DNA of 64,000 bases, taken from an uncultured Methanoregulaceae archaeon (GTDB lineage: Archaea > Halobacteriota > Methanomicrobia > Methanomicrobiales > Methanospirillaceae). Below the pieces are notes generated by a model. That model ran no database searches. It saw only the letters and a list, made by a program, of their open reading frames with translations, and was not told the origin of the DNA. The position numbers and the translations under genes are program-made. The stretch covers positions 288,001 to 352,000 of the forward strand of contig CAWJAX010000002.1 in assembly GCA_963841015.1 (NCBI GenBank), given 5' to 3'. Of this stretch, positions 21,082 to 32,114 are shown in pieces. The stretch's first letter is position 1; every line of letters starts with the position of its first letter.

Positions 21082-22308
21082 ATGAGCTCAGGAAAGCTGA
21101 AGATTGAATGGGCTGCGCAGTACATGCCGGTACTTGCCGCCATAAAAAAAGAGTTTGAGAAGAAGAAACCATTCGCCGGTATGACGATTGGCATGGCGCT
21201 CCATGTTGAGGCCAAGACCGCAAACCTGGTCTCTGCACTTGCAGCCGGGGGTGCTGAGGTATACATCACCGGATGCAATCCGCTTTCCACGCAGGATGAT
21301 GTGGCCGATGCCCTCAATGACGTCAGGAATGTCCACTGCTTTGCAAAGCGTGCGTGTTCGGTTGACGAGTACTATGCTGCTATTGACCAGGTGCTCGATG
21401 CCAGGCCGGTCATCACCATCGATGACGGGATGGACCTCATCCATTACATTCACACAAAACGCCGGGACCTCATCAAGAAGGTGATCGGTGGCTGCGAAGA
21501 GACCACGACCGGTATCCACCGCCTGAGGGCTATGGCTGCTGAAGGGAAGCTCGAATTTCCGGTTATCGCCGTGAACGATACCCCCATGAAGCGGTTCTTT
21601 GATAATGTCCATGGGACCGGGGAAAGTGCCCTCTCCTCGATCATGATTACGACGAACACCCTCATCGCCGGGAAATACTTCGTGGTTGCCGGTTATGGCT
21701 TCTGCGGGAGAGGACTTGCAAAGAAAGCCCACGGGCTCGGGGCAAAAATTATCGTGACCGAGATTGACCCTCGACGTGCACTTGAGGCCCACATGGACGG
21801 GTTCATGGTCATGTCCATGGACGAGGCAGCAGCGATAGGAGATATCTTCGTCACGACAACCGGCAACGTTGCAGTCATTGCCGCAAGGCACTTCAGGAAG
21901 CTGAAAAATGGTGCGATCCTCTCAAATGCCGGTCATTTCAATGTTGAGATCGATATCGAATGGCTCCACAAGAACGCCGATAAAGTCATCCAGCGGGATG
22001 GAATCGAGACGTTCGTGATTAAAGGAAAATCTGTCCACGTCCTTGCCGAGGGCCGGCTTGTCAACCTCGCCACACCCAAAGGCATGGGTCACCCGATCGA
22101 GGTCATGGACTTAAGCTTTGCCCTGCAGGCGCTCTGCACTCTCCATATAGCCAAGAACGGCAGGAAGATGAAGGGCGGTGTATACGATGTCCCGCAGGAA
22201 ATTGATGAACAGGTTGCTAACCTGAAACTTTCATCCCTCGGACTCTCCCTTGATAAGATGACCAACGAGCAGAAAAAATATCTCTGCAGCTGGGATAGCG
22301 GTACCTGA
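21082..22308 (+). CDS. ahcY: adenosylhomocysteinase
   Basis: CNPLSTQD, EETTTG, FDNVHGTGES, GHFNVEID, EGRLVNL and GHPIEVMDLSF. Confidence 0.96.
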   Translation: MSSGKLKIEWAAQYMPVLAAIKKEFEKKKPFAGMTIGMALHVEAKTANLVSALAAGGAEVYITGCNPLSTQDDVADALNDVRNVHCFAKRACSVDEYYAAIDQVLDARPVITIDDGMDLIHYIHTKRRDLIKKVIGGCEETTTGIHRLRAMAAEGKLEFPVIAVNDTPMKRFFDNVHGTGESALSSIMITTNTLIAGKYFVVAGYGFCGRGLAKKAHGLGAKIIVTEIDPRRALEAHMDGFMVMSMDEAAAIGDIFVTTTGNVAVIAARHFRKLKNGAILSNAGHFNVEIDIEWLHKNADKVIQRDGIETFVIKGKSVHVLAEGRLVNLATPKGMGHPIEVMDLSFALQALCTLHIAKNGRKMKGGVYDVPQEIDEQVANLKLSSLGLSLDKMTNEQKKYLCSWDSGT

Positions 22309-22561
22309 GGACACTTTATAAAAAACGATTAGGGAGCTTCCTTCATCAGAAGTTCCCTCCGCACCGGCTAAGTTGGGAGCTCTCTCTCTCTTCGTGTTCT
22401 TAGCTCAGACTGAATTCTTGCGAAGTGGAATGCTTGTCCATCCCCAAGGTGAGTGTATCATAGCATGATAACGCATGAGTAAAAAATGTCAACATGTATT
22501 GAATCCTAACCTAAAAATTTTAAAAAAATATCAAAGCTGTTTTTAAGGAATATCCAGGCTC

Positions 22562-23407
22562 TCAGCCTTCTCTCGCCGCGTACAGGTACTCCTGCGCATA
22601 CCCGCAGTATTCCCCGAAATGCTCCCGGGCAAAGCGGCGCACTGCATCATATTCCCGGGCTGTTAAATGAGGACCCGCACTCAGATCCGGGAGATAATTC
22701 TGCTGCATTATCCGGTGTATCCAGACATCGACCGGGAACGCCTCGTACTTCTGGAAGGCAAAAAGAAGAACACAGTCAGCTGCTTTAGGTCCTACACCCT
22801 TAAGTTTCATCAGTTCACGTCGTGCATCCTCAAATGACAGAGCAGAAATGGCAGCTTCCCACTTTTTCAGATTGGTGATCTCACAGGAAGTATCAAAGAT
22901 ATAGGGAGTGCGATAACCCAGTTTGCAGTCAGGGAGGATATGCTCCCCGCACGAGATTGAGGAGGGTCCAGGGAAGGTATAATATGTGTTTCCTTCGAAT
23001 TCAATCGCTTTGCCAAACTGCTTTGCAATGGAAGATATTCTGCGCCGGATCGTAGGGATATTCGAATTGGTCGAACAGATATAGGACACAAGGCACTCCC
23101 ATTTCGGCTGACGGATTAAGCGCAGTCCGGTGCATCGACTGAGTGCGGTATGGATGAAGGGATCGCGGTCAATGGATGCCAGAATGGGGTGGAGGTCCAT
23201 ATCCAAAGAAAAATAGCGGGTAATAAATGATGCCGGCGCGCCTTCAAATGTAAGCCGGACACCAACCTGCCGTATTCTGATAACACGCTCGCCGATAACA
23301 CCATACCACCATCCATCAGCGGTGCGATCCCATCGGAATACCTGACCACAGCCAAGCGTCTGATCAAGTGAAAACTGCTGGTTATGAGAGAGTGTTATAT
23401 CGGGCAT
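22562..23407 (-). CDS. ogg: 8-oxoguanine DNA glycosylase (Ogg1 family)
   Basis: TLGCGQVFRW, LKGVGPKAADC HhH motif, FPVDVW and GYAQEYLY. Confidence 0.9.
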   Translation of the reverse strand: MPDITLSHNQQFSLDQTLGCGQVFRWDRTADGWWYGVIGERVIRIRQVGVRLTFEGAPASFITRYFSLDMDLHPILASIDRDPFIHTALSRCTGLRLIRQPKWECLVSYICSTNSNIPTIRRRISSIAKQFGKAIEFEGNTYYTFPGPSSISCGEHILPDCKLGYRTPYIFDTSCEITNLKKWEAAISALSFEDARRELMKLKGVGPKAADCVLLFAFQKYEAFPVDVWIHRIMQQNYLPDLSAGPHLTAREYDAVRRFAREHFGEYCGYAQEYLYAAREG

Positions 23408-23598
23408 ATTCCTCGATGTTGATAAAAGATCTGGTGTTCAAACCATATATGGTATATCGGGAAGTCACCTTTTGGCGGATCAGGATGCGTATCCGGAGCA
23501 TGCTTGGAATATCTCGCTGGAAATATTCCCGGGAAAAAATAAGTTACTTTCGCATCGTAACGAATAGACTTTTAATATATAAATCAATAGTTCTTTTC

Positions 23599-23928
23599 AT
23601 GGAATTAACACAAACGCTTAAAGCATTTATTGAAGAGGGTCAGGATTGGGAGCGTAAAAACACCTCCGTAAAAGGTGTTTCCATCATCAGACTCCCGGCG
23701 ACAAAGAACCGTGCAGCCTCTCTTGCTATCGATATTAATCCGATTGGGGAACATGGTCTGCCCATGAAGAAAAAAGGGATCATGATCATGAATGCCGTAG
23801 AACTTGCCGCGTTCAGGGCAGCTTTCACGAATGAAAAAGTTGATGGTCTTATCAAGGCTCTTGAAGATGTCCTTCCCGAGCGTAAAGCAGCAGCAAAAAC
23901 CTCCAAGACAGATGTTGTTCAGATATAA
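23599..23928 (+). CDS. hypothetical protein (109 aa)
   Basis: TATA-like TTTAATATA ~20 nt upstream of ATG 23599; protein-like composition. Confidence 0.75.
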   Translation: MELTQTLKAFIEEGQDWERKNTSVKGVSIIRLPATKNRAASLAIDINPIGEHGLPMKKKGIMIMNAVELAAFRAAFTNEKVDGLIKALEDVLPERKAAAKTSKTDVVQI

Positions 23929-23970
23929 CAGGGACAACTACCGGTAGCTTCCAGGTAAAAAAGGAGGGAT

Positions 23971-24457
23971 TTGTATAAAAAAATGGTGGGTAATATACGT
24001 TATCCTGATTATTGCTCTCATACTGACAGCAGGCTGTCTTGGCTCGAAAACCCCTCCTGTGTCACGTCCCCCTGCACCTGCTGTGCTGGTTGATTACTAC
24101 CGGACTGGGGGTATTGCAGGCTTTGATGACCGTCTGGTCATTTTCGATAATGGTGTTGCTGTGGTTTCGAGTAAGACCGTCAATCAGGAGATTGCGATAA
24201 ACCAAACCGATATCGACAGGATTGTCACACTCTTTAATCAGTCACAGTTCTCCCTGCTTGAAGCGAATTATTCGGCTCGCCCCGGAAGTGCAGATTTAAT
24301 GAAATACACCGTTAGTTACCATAGCAAAACGGTCATCGCTGAGGACTCAGTGGTACCCCCCTCACTGCAACCGGTTATCGATGAATTGAACCGGATCCTG
24401 ACTATGGCTGCCAGTTTGAAACAAACCTCTGGCATGGGGGCAAATATTCCCGGGTAA
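23971..24457 (+). CDS. lipoprotein; probable extra A in A7 run 23977-23983
   Basis: AAGGAGG RBS then TTG. With A6 it reads MYKKWWVIYVILIIALILTAGCLGS (lipobox), in frame with ORF 24059..24457 (RTGGIAGFDD). Confidence 0.72.
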
Positions 24458-24716
24458 AAGGTCCGGAATTTTTGTGAATTCACCTTTTTTTATTCCGTCA
24501 GTGGGGAGTACCTGAAGATCCTGTTACGGGCTCAGCACATTGCTGCCTTTTCCCCTTCCGGGAAAAAAGGCTTCAAAAACAGAAGTTCTTGCCGTATCAG
24601 GTATCCCTCCGGGGCGTTTTCTCCCAGTGAAGATTGGGGACCAAAGAAGAGTTCGATTTGGCGGCCAGGCGATAACGGTCCGGAATGGGACAATCGTCCT
24701 GTAATTAAAAAAAATA

Positions 24717-25610
24717 TTATTTTTTCTCGTACAGGCACGACTGAATATCGTGTCCCAGTTTTCCGATCGCATCTGCCCGGCACCGCTGGCAGTGGCGCAT
24801 CTGTTTGACATATTTCCCGCACTCATCCTGCATTTTACGTTTCATCTCGGGTGTTGGCGGTGTAATATCGGCAAACTTGTATTGTGCAATAAGGGGGATG
24901 ACATTGAAAGTATACACACCCATCTCACCAACCCTTTTAGCGATCTCCGGAATATGATCTTCGTTGATGCCCGGGATATAGACCGTGTTGATTTTCACAA
25001 TCATATGCCGCTTCACGGCTTCTTCAATCCCTTTTAACTGCTGGGAGAGGAGAATTTTTGCACCTTCGAGCCCGTTGTAGCGCTTGCCCTTATAATCGAT
25101 AAACTGGTAGATCTTAGCGCCAATTTCCGGGTCAATTGCGTTCAGCGTCACCGTAACATTGCCTACGTCATATTTCTCGAGCAGGTCGATCTTCTCGGGG
25201 AGCAATAATCCGTTTGTACTTATGCACTTGATGACATTGGGGTACTGTTCGTGAAGGCGGCGGAGTGTTTCAAAGGTCTCTTCATTTGCAAGGGGTTCTC
25301 CCGGTCCTGCGATACCAACGACCTTGATATAATCATATTTGTCCACAACTTTTTTGACCATGTCCATGGATTCATCAGGATTAAGTACCCTTGTTGTGAC
25401 CCCCGGGCGGCTCTCGTTCACGCAGTCAAAGTCACGAATACAATAGTTGCACTGGATATTGCATTTGGGTGCTACCGGAATATGACAACGCCCGAATGTG
25501 TGGCATGCTTTTTCGGAAAAACAGGGGTGCTCCTGGATCTTGCGCATCTGTGCCGGGTCCCACTGTACTTTCCTGCCCGCAACATCTGCAATTCTTACAT
25601 CATCAGACAT
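24717..25610 (-). CDS. nifB: radical SAM nitrogenase cofactor biosynthesis protein NifB (short archaeal form)
   Basis: HPCF, CNIQCNYC, CVNESRPG, AGPGEPLAN and C-terminal HCQRCRADA. Confidence 0.93.
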   Translation of the reverse strand: MSDDVRIADVAGRKVQWDPAQMRKIQEHPCFSEKACHTFGRCHIPVAPKCNIQCNYCIRDFDCVNESRPGVTTRVLNPDESMDMVKKVVDKYDYIKVVGIAGPGEPLANEETFETLRRLHEQYPNVIKCISTNGLLLPEKIDLLEKYDVGNVTVTLNAIDPEIGAKIYQFIDYKGKRYNGLEGAKILLSQQLKGIEEAVKRHMIVKINTVYIPGINEDHIPEIAKRVGEMGVYTFNVIPLIAQYKFADITPPTPEMKRKMQDECGKYVKQMRHCQRCRADAIGKLGHDIQSCLYEKK

Positions 25611-25700
25611 ATTCAACACCACTACGTGCGCTGTGAATGTATAAATAAAGTGCAATCGTGATAGTGCGAGTCACTTCTCCCCATAATCCCCCTGTTATCC

Positions 25701-25836
25701 CCACAGATGCGATAACGCCCGAACAGGTGCTATGTTATCGTCGCTAAGTGCTGGGCGGTATGGGGGGAAAGACACTGTCCCCCTCCTTCATCGTTCCTGC
25801 ATTTTGAATTTCATTTCAATGGAAAATGAGAACTAC
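25701..25836. repeat. dispersed intergenic repeat family A, copy 1
   Basis: Colinear with 59362-59498 (GATAA..CCCGAAC.GGTGCTA.GT.ATC..TAAGTGC..GCGGTATGGG..CACTGTCCCC..TTGAATTTCAT.TCAATGGAAAA). Confidence 0.8.
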
Positions 25837-25875
25837 AGAGCAAATCTTTTAAAAAAAAACAGATTTAGGATACCA

Positions 25876-25948
25876 TGGGCCCGCCGGATTCGAACCGGCG
25901 ACCTCCGCCGTGTAAGGGCGACGTCATAACCGACTAGACCACGAGCCC
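25876..25948 (-). tRNA. tRNA-Val (TAC); one C apparently missing at T-stem/acceptor junction; CCA not encoded
   Basis: GGGCTCG-TG-GTCTAGTCGGTTATGAC-G-TCGCC-CTTACAC-GGCGG-AGGTC-GCCGG-TTCGAAT-CCGGC-GGGCCC-A. Confidence 0.95.
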
Positions 25949-26095
25949 GGTCTCTTACTAATGTTTCCCTGCACCCTATTAACATTGTTGCTCTCCTTCA
26001 AATGACGGCCATTGATCCTGCACAAAGTATGATAACAGGAACAGGTTTCAGGATTGCAGAAAGAAAAAATGACAGAAAAAAAGATGTTAATTTTT

Positions 26096-26992
26096 TTATT
26101 CTTTCTTGAGTTTTATATCAATGGCATATTTTTCTGCATTCCTGTCAGCCATTGCCTGGATAGCAGCGATCTCGGCATCCTGGCGTTTTGGTTTGAACAG
26201 GTGGCGGAACCGTTTCTGGGTCTTGAGATATTCTTCAACCGGTTTGCGGACGACCTTTTTTGCTTTGACTACTTTACCGTCAATCATTTCATAGTTGACC
26301 CAGAGTCCTGTTTCTATTGCCAGTTTAGCAATAGCGATAGTCTGCTCGCCTTCAAAGCCCCAGCCGGTACAGCAGGGTGCGTGAACCTGGACATAGCATG
26401 GACCCTTGGTATTGATCGCCTTCTCAACCTTCTGCATGAGATCAGCGGGATAAGCGATTGAAGCGGTAGCAACATAAGGTGCACCATGTGCCGCCAGAAT
26501 CTGCGGCATGTCCTTTTTCGGACGTTTGTTCCCAAACGAGCATTTCCCTGCGGGGCTCGTTGTCGTACTGGCATCGTATGGTGTTGCACCGGAACGCTGG
26601 ATGCCGGTGTTCATGTAGGCTTCATTGTCGTAGCATATGTAGGTAAAGTCATGACCGCGTTCAAAGGCGCCGCTGATGCAAATCATACCGATATCGAAGG
26701 TAGCCCCGTCACCTGCCATGATCACCACTTTCTCCGTCCTGCCTTGTTTTTTGAGCGCCGCCTCAACACCGGATGCAACTGCAGAGGCATTTTCAAAGAG
26801 GGAGTGAATCCATGGTACTTTCCAGGCAGTCTCCGGGTAGGGTGTGGAGAACACTTCCATGCACCCCGTGGAGGAAACAACAATGGTATTTGTGCCTGAA
26901 GCTTTTGTTACCAGTCTTGCCGCCAGTGCAGCACCACATCCGCCGCATGCCCGGTGTCCGCAATCAAATAATTCCAGGGTTTTATCGACCAT
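26096..26992 (-). CDS. porB: pyruvate:ferredoxin oxidoreductase beta subunit
   Basis: [35 protein letters not shown] motif. Confidence 0.95.
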   Translation of the reverse strand: MVDKTLELFDCGHRACGGCGAALAARLVTKASGTNTIVVSSTGCMEVFSTPYPETAWKVPWIHSLFENASAVASGVEAALKKQGRTEKVVIMAGDGATFDIGMICISGAFERGHDFTYICYDNEAYMNTGIQRSGATPYDASTTTSPAGKCSFGNKRPKKDMPQILAAHGAPYVATASIAYPADLMQKVEKAINTKGPCYVQVHAPCCTGWGFEGEQTIAIAKLAIETGLWVNYEMIDGKVVKAKKVVRKPVEEYLKTQKRFRHLFKPKRQDAEIAAIQAMADRNAEKYAIDIKLKKE

Positions 26993-26993
26993 T

Positions 26994-28148
26994 TCAGAGC
27001 ACCTCCCTGCGCAGTCCATAGAATATATCGCCCTCTCCTTTCTCAATGAGAGCGACTATCGCTTTGATATCTTTCTTTCTGACGTCTCTCCCCCCAAGGC
27101 CGATGATATAATCTTTGACCGGGATGCCGGAACCATAGAGTGCATCCTTGACCTCAAGGGCAACCGCCCCTTTTGCACCCAGTGAAATGTTCTTGTCGAG
27201 CACGGCAACTCTCTTTACGTGAGCAAGAGCCTTAGCCACATCCTCTGAGGGAAACGGGCGGAAGATTCGGATCTTGAGCAGGCCGACTTTCCTGCCTTCA
27301 TCACGCATCTCATCGATTGCGTCCTTCGTTGTACCGCAGATAGAGCCCATCGCGACGATGGCCGTGTCAGCATCTTCAAGGCGATAGCCTTCGACCATCG
27401 CACTATAATCCCTCCCGAACATCTGGCCGAATTCCTTTCCAGCCTTCTGGATGATTGCTTTTGATGCCTTGAGGGCTCGGTCCATTTCATACCTGAATTC
27501 AAGGTAATAATCCGGTGTGGCATACATGCCGAAACTGATAGGGTCAGCTGCATCAAGCCGTTCGTAGGGCGTGAATTTCGGAAGGAACCGATCAATATCC
27601 TCCTGCGTGAGCATATCGATGGGTTCGTACGTATGGGAAAGAATGAAGCCGTCAAAGCAGACAAATGCGGGGAGCAGGACAGAATGTTCTTCTGCAACGC
27701 GGTAGGCAAGGAAGTGCAAGTCTGTTGCTTCTTGGTTGTCCTCCGCATAAAACTGCAGCCAGCCTGAGTCGCGGAGAGATATGGAGTCCTGCTGGTCATT
27801 CCATATGGAAAGGGGTGCACCAAGTGCCCGGTTGGCAATGGTCATCACAATCGGGAGACGCATGCCGGCAGCATTAAAGCAGACCTCAAACATAAGGGCG
27901 AGCCCCTGTGACGTAGTTGCAGAATAGGTGCGGGAACCTGCAGCGCTCGCACCGACACAGGCAGAGAGCGCTGATAATTCATTCTCGACAGTGATATATT
28001 CCGCATCCAGCTGACAATTTGCAACCATATCGGCGAGGGCTTCGACAATATGAGTCTGTGGCGTGATCGGGTAAGCAGAGATCACCTGCGGGCGACAGAG
28101 CCTGACTGCTTCTGCCACCGCATGTGACCCTTCAGTTATCTCCATCAT
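26994..28148 (-). CDS. porA: pyruvate:ferredoxin oxidoreductase alpha subunit
   Basis: [15 protein letters not shown] and [13 protein letters not shown]. Confidence 0.95.
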   Translation of the reverse strand: MMEITEGSHAVAEAVRLCRPQVISAYPITPQTHIVEALADMVANCQLDAEYITVENELSALSACVGASAAGSRTYSATTSQGLALMFEVCFNAAGMRLPIVMTIANRALGAPLSIWNDQQDSISLRDSGWLQFYAEDNQEATDLHFLAYRVAEEHSVLLPAFVCFDGFILSHTYEPIDMLTQEDIDRFLPKFTPYERLDAADPISFGMYATPDYYLEFRYEMDRALKASKAIIQKAGKEFGQMFGRDYSAMVEGYRLEDADTAIVAMGSICGTTKDAIDEMRDEGRKVGLLKIRIFRPFPSEDVAKALAHVKRVAVLDKNISLGAKGAVALEVKDALYGSGIPVKDYIIGLGGRDVRKKDIKAIVALIEKGEGDIFYGLRREVL

Positions 28149-28409
28149 CTACTTCTCCTCCTGTTTCATCGTGATCGCTTCGCCCGGGCATTCTTCGGCA
28201 CAGATCCCACATCCCTTGCAGTACGTGTAATCAGGCACAACGAATCCCTCCTCAGTCTCGTGGACGCATCCCTCCGGACAAAGTGTCACACACAATCCGC
28301 AATGAGTACATTTCTCCTTATCATAATCCGGCTTGAAGACACGCCACGAGCCGGTTTTGTTGTCACGGGATTTCCCCGGTCGTGCCCTGCATCCGACTGC
28401 CAGTGACAT
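28149..28409 (-). CDS. porD: pyruvate:ferredoxin oxidoreductase delta subunit
   Basis: NKTGSWRVFKP and two CxxCxxCxxxCP motifs. Confidence 0.95.
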   Translation of the reverse strand: MSLAVGCRARPGKSRDNKTGSWRVFKPDYDKEKCTHCGLCVTLCPEGCVHETEEGFVVPDYTYCKGCGICAEECPGEAITMKQEEK

Positions 28410-28951
28410 TATGCACCTTCCTGTACCTTTGCAAATGCCTGACGGGCAGCTTCGATATTTTTTAGTGCAAGTTCCTTTGGGAAACGGTGATTGAGAGCAT
28501 TTTCCAGCGCGGAAAATTTTATCTCCCCCGATGCAGCGGCAAAAGCTCCCATAAGTGATGTGTTGGTGATGGGAAGCCCGATTGCCTTCAATGCAATGGT
28601 TGTTGCATCAATGGTGATCAATTTCACACCCTCCGGCACCTTATAGTCAGGTACTTTTTCCGTGTTCACAATCACAATACCCCCCTTCTTTACCCCCTGG
28701 AACACGTTCACGTCTTTGATTAAAGTGCTGTCCTGCACAATGATATAATCCGGCTCATAGACCTGGCTCCGTTTGCGGATTATTTTGTCATCAAATCGAA
28801 CAAAAGCCTGGACTGGTGCCCCCCGCCGCTCGACACCAAATGCCGGGAAGGCCTGGGCAAAGACGCCCCCTTCGAATGCAGCGACGGCAATAAGTTCAGC
28901 AGCAGTGACAGAACCCTGGCCGCCCCTGCCGTGGATACGTAACTCTCTCAA
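28409..28951 (-). CDS. porG: pyruvate:ferredoxin oxidoreductase gamma subunit
   Basis: HGRGGQG and FGVERRGAPV. Confidence 0.95.
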   Translation of the reverse strand: MRELRIHGRGGQGSVTAAELIAVAAFEGGVFAQAFPAFGVERRGAPVQAFVRFDDKIIRKRSQVYEPDYIIVQDSTLIKDVNVFQGVKKGGIVIVNTEKVPDYKVPEGVKLITIDATTIALKAIGLPITNTSLMGAFAAASGEIKFSALENALNHRFPKELALKNIEAARQAFAKVQEGA

Positions 28952-28992
28952 GAAAAATCCCCAATAATCTTACATGATTAATCGATATAAAT

Positions 28993-29865
28993 CTACAGAT
29001 CTATATCAAGCCCGAGAATTTCTTTTTTCCCGCAGAACACGTCGTGAGCGATCCTGACCAGGCCCCTGGATGCGCACCATTCATCAAATACTGCCACATC
29101 ACGACCAAGAAGTGCTTTTACCTCAGGTGCGATGACGGGTGCAAGACTGCCGGCAAGGGCTACCGTTGCGCGGTTATTCAATAAGAGAAGCGCGGCACAT
29201 TCCATGGCTGCAAACATGGCCACAGACCGCATGCGCTCTTTTTCCGGAAGGGAGAAATTTACTCCTGCATGCTGGAAAGCCTCATTTGCAGTGCATTCTC
29301 CTGCATCGATTCTTCGTATCGCGTCCACATCGAGTGCGCCATGAAGACTGCCGGGTGCAAAGATACAGGCGTCAAAAGCTCCTACCAGTTTTCCTGCAGA
29401 AATAAGAAGTGTCACGGTGTTGGAGCTTACATCAGAAACAATAACATCATCACCGAGAGCACAGCTGACTTCGTAGGCAATCCCAATCTTTTCAGGACTG
29501 GACTGATGTGAATATACTTTAAAACGGGGATCTGTGGGAGACCTGCGGTGGAGACCGGGAATAACCACGGCAGGGATACCGCTTTTCGCAACTTCATCAA
29601 AAACTCTTGTTCCTCCGCCGATATGCTGCCCGGCTCCCTCACGGCTGATAAGTCCACGGTTTTTCACCTTGCTGATATGCGTGATCGATGAAATATTATC
29701 CCCCATCGAATAACAGAGCGCAATGCCTTCAATTCCATCGACCGGACAAATCCTCGAGAGATCCTCTATGGTGAACTCTAATGCGGCCTCCCGTGAGATC
29801 TTGAACTCTCCCGATTCTCCGGCAAAACGCATGGCAGTTGTTCCGTGATCGATCCCTATGAACAT
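28993..29865 (-). CDS. methanogenesis marker 12 protein (ASKHA fold)
   Basis: MFIGIDHGTTAMRFA, YSMGD, IGGGTRVFD, SPEKIGIAY, DVSSNTVT and HGALD. Confidence 0.85.
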   Translation of the reverse strand: MFIGIDHGTTAMRFAGESGEFKISREAALEFTIEDLSRICPVDGIEGIALCYSMGDNISSITHISKVKNRGLISREGAGQHIGGGTRVFDEVAKSGIPAVVIPGLHRRSPTDPRFKVYSHQSSPEKIGIAYEVSCALGDDVIVSDVSSNTVTLLISAGKLVGAFDACIFAPGSLHGALDVDAIRRIDAGECTANEAFQHAGVNFSLPEKERMRSVAMFAAMECAALLLLNNRATVALAGSLAPVIAPEVKALLGRDVAVFDEWCASRGLVRIAHDVFCGKKEILGLDIDL

Positions 29866-29904
29866 ACCAGTAATCCTATAGCATGGATGACATATTATGT
29901 TGTG

Positions 29905-30849
29905 ATGTTTGATGTCGTGACAGGTGGAGCCGGGTTCATCGGTTCGCACCTTGTTGATACTCTTGTTGCACAGGGCAACGAGGTTCTGGTTATTGACTCA
30001 CTATGTTCCGGGAAGAAGGAAACGATTGCCCGCCATATCGATTCCTGTAAGGTCAGGTTTGTGCAAAAAGACCTGCTGGGCGATGAGTGGCAGGATACCA
30101 TTCAGGGTGCAGACCGGCTCTTTCATCTTGCAGCGGATCCTGATGTCCGCCAGAGCGCTGTGAACCCTGACCCGACTATGCAGAACAATATCCTGGCCAC
30201 GTACAGGGTCCTCGAAGCCATGCGTTTGCATGATGTTCCCGAACTGGTGTTCACTTCTACATCAACGGTCTATGGCGACGCGACCGTTATACCGACCCCG
30301 GAGAGCTACACTCCTCTCGAACCCATATCAGTGTACGGCGCGAGCAAGCTGGCCTGTGAAGCACTTATCTCAGCGTACTGCCACTCGTTTGGTATGAAAA
30401 CCTGGACGTTCCGGTTTGCCAATATCATCGGATCACGGAGTGGTCATGGGGTGATTATTGATTTTATCCGGAAACTTGAGGAGAACCCGGCTGAACTGGA
30501 GATCCTCGGCGATGGGAAACAGACTAAATCCTACCTTGAAGTACATGAATGTGTAGCGGCAATGCTCTTTGCAGTCGGCCATGCCCGTGATACGGTCAAT
30601 ACGTTCAATATCGGTTCCGAGGACTGGATTGATGTGAAAAGTATCGCAGAGATTGTCACAGAAGAGATGCATCTTCCCTCAACGAAGTTCAGGTTCACGG
30701 GTGGTGAACGTGGTTGGATCGGGGACGTGCCGAAGATGCAACTTGCAATCGATAAAATCAAAGGATTGCGCTGGAAGCCGCAGATCGGTTCACGGGAGAG
30801 CGTGAGGATCGCAGTCAGAGCAATGCTCGCAGAACGGCAGCACCCATAA
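29905..30849 (+). CDS. NAD-dependent epimerase/dehydratase (GalE-like)
   Basis: TGGAGFIGSH, STSTVYG and YGASK. Confidence 0.92.
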   Translation: MFDVVTGGAGFIGSHLVDTLVAQGNEVLVIDSLCSGKKETIARHIDSCKVRFVQKDLLGDEWQDTIQGADRLFHLAADPDVRQSAVNPDPTMQNNILATYRVLEAMRLHDVPELVFTSTSTVYGDATVIPTPESYTPLEPISVYGASKLACEALISAYCHSFGMKTWTFRFANIIGSRSGHGVIIDFIRKLEENPAELEILGDGKQTKSYLEVHECVAAMLFAVGHARDTVNTFNIGSEDWIDVKSIAEIVTEEMHLPSTKFRFTGGERGWIGDVPKMQLAIDKIKGLRWKPQIGSRESVRIAVRAMLAERQHP

Positions 30850-30895
30850 TGACGGTTCAAAAAAAACCAAAGATACCTCCAGAACAGTGATTCCT

Positions 30896-32048
30896 ATGAA
30901 GTATATGGTCATTCTTGGTGATGGTATGGCGGATGAACCGCTCGTGCAACTGGGAGGTAAAACTCCCCTTGAATATGCAAAAACACCGAATATGGATCGG
31001 ATGGCCAAAAATGGTGCATGCGGGATGCTCCGGACAATTCCCGATGATTTTGAAGCGGGCAGCGATATTGCCAATATGTCCATCCTCGGCTATGCCCCGG
31101 AGATGTATTACACTGGCCGGGGGCCGCTCGAAGCGGTGAGCATGGGGGTCGATCTTGATGCAGGCGATGTCGCATACCGCTGCAATCTGGTGACCGTGCA
31201 AAACGGGACTATGGCAGACTTCTCAGCGGGTCATATCTCCAGTCCTGAGGGTGCCGAGCTCTTATCCTCACTCGGAAACAGGATCCCAGGGGTGATGTTC
31301 AGGCCGGGAGTCAGCTATCGCAACCTGCTTGTTGTGCATGACGGAAAGGGCGCCACCTCCACCCCGCCCCATGACATCGTGGGGAAAAACATTGCTGATT
31401 ATCTCCCGAAAGGCGGGGATGCCGGTCGGCTCCTGCAGTGCATGGAGAAAAGTACGGAGATCTTTTTCGAGCATAAGGTGAATTATGCACGACAACAATC
31501 CGGCAAACCCCCAGCGACCCAGATCTGGCCGTGGAGTGGCGGGCACAAACCAGCATTTCCCTCCTTTGAGAAAAAGTACGGGAAGAAAGGCGGGGTAATA
31601 TCAGCTGTTGACCTCTTAAACGGGATTGCGAGGTGTGCCGGGCATGGAAGTGATTACCGTCCCGGGTGCTACCGGCTACCTCGATACGGACTATGACGCG
31701 AAGGGACGCTATGCTCTCGAAGCAATCAGACACCTTGATTTCCTCTATCTTCACATCGAGGCGCCTGATGAAGCCGGGCATCTGGGGAATGTAGAAGAGA
31801 AGGTCCGTGCGATCGAACGGGTTGATGGTGTTATAGGCATGATCCTTGAAGAGTTTGAGGGTGTCCTGGCTGTGCTTCCCGATCATCCGACCCCAATCAG
31901 GGTGAAGACGCATACGAGGGATCCGGTCCCCTTCGTTGTTATCGGTAAAGAAAAGGATGCAACGGAACGATACTCAGAGCAGGCAGCCCGATCCGGAGGA
32001 TTAGGAACAAATAATGCCGTTGACTTTCTGGACTTCCTGTTTTCTTAA
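30896..32048 (+). CDS. apgM: cofactor-independent phosphoglycerate mutase; +1 indel at GGG 31640-31642
   Basis: GDGMAD, GSDIAN and GRGPLEA in the first frame; HIEAPDEAGH, PDHPTP and HTRDPVP in the second. Removing one G gives ARCAGMEVITVPGATG. Confidence 0.92.
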
Positions 32049-32092
32049 AGGTGTGCGGCATCAGACCCCTGCTTCATCATGTATCTTCAGTG

Positions 32093-32114
32093 GGGGTAAC
32101 TTTCATCATTTGCC
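32093..32114 (+). repeat. 22-bp direct repeat, left copy
   Basis: GGGGTAACTTTCATCATTTGCC, identical to 38417-38438. Confidence 0.92.

Noticed and set aside
24717-25610. nifB as evidence of a nitrogen-fixation cluster
   Set aside because: No nifHDK is nearby, and stand-alone nifB is common in methanogens.
25876-25948. tRNA-Val as an integration site
   Set aside because: No duplicated tRNA 3' end or integrase was found in the window.
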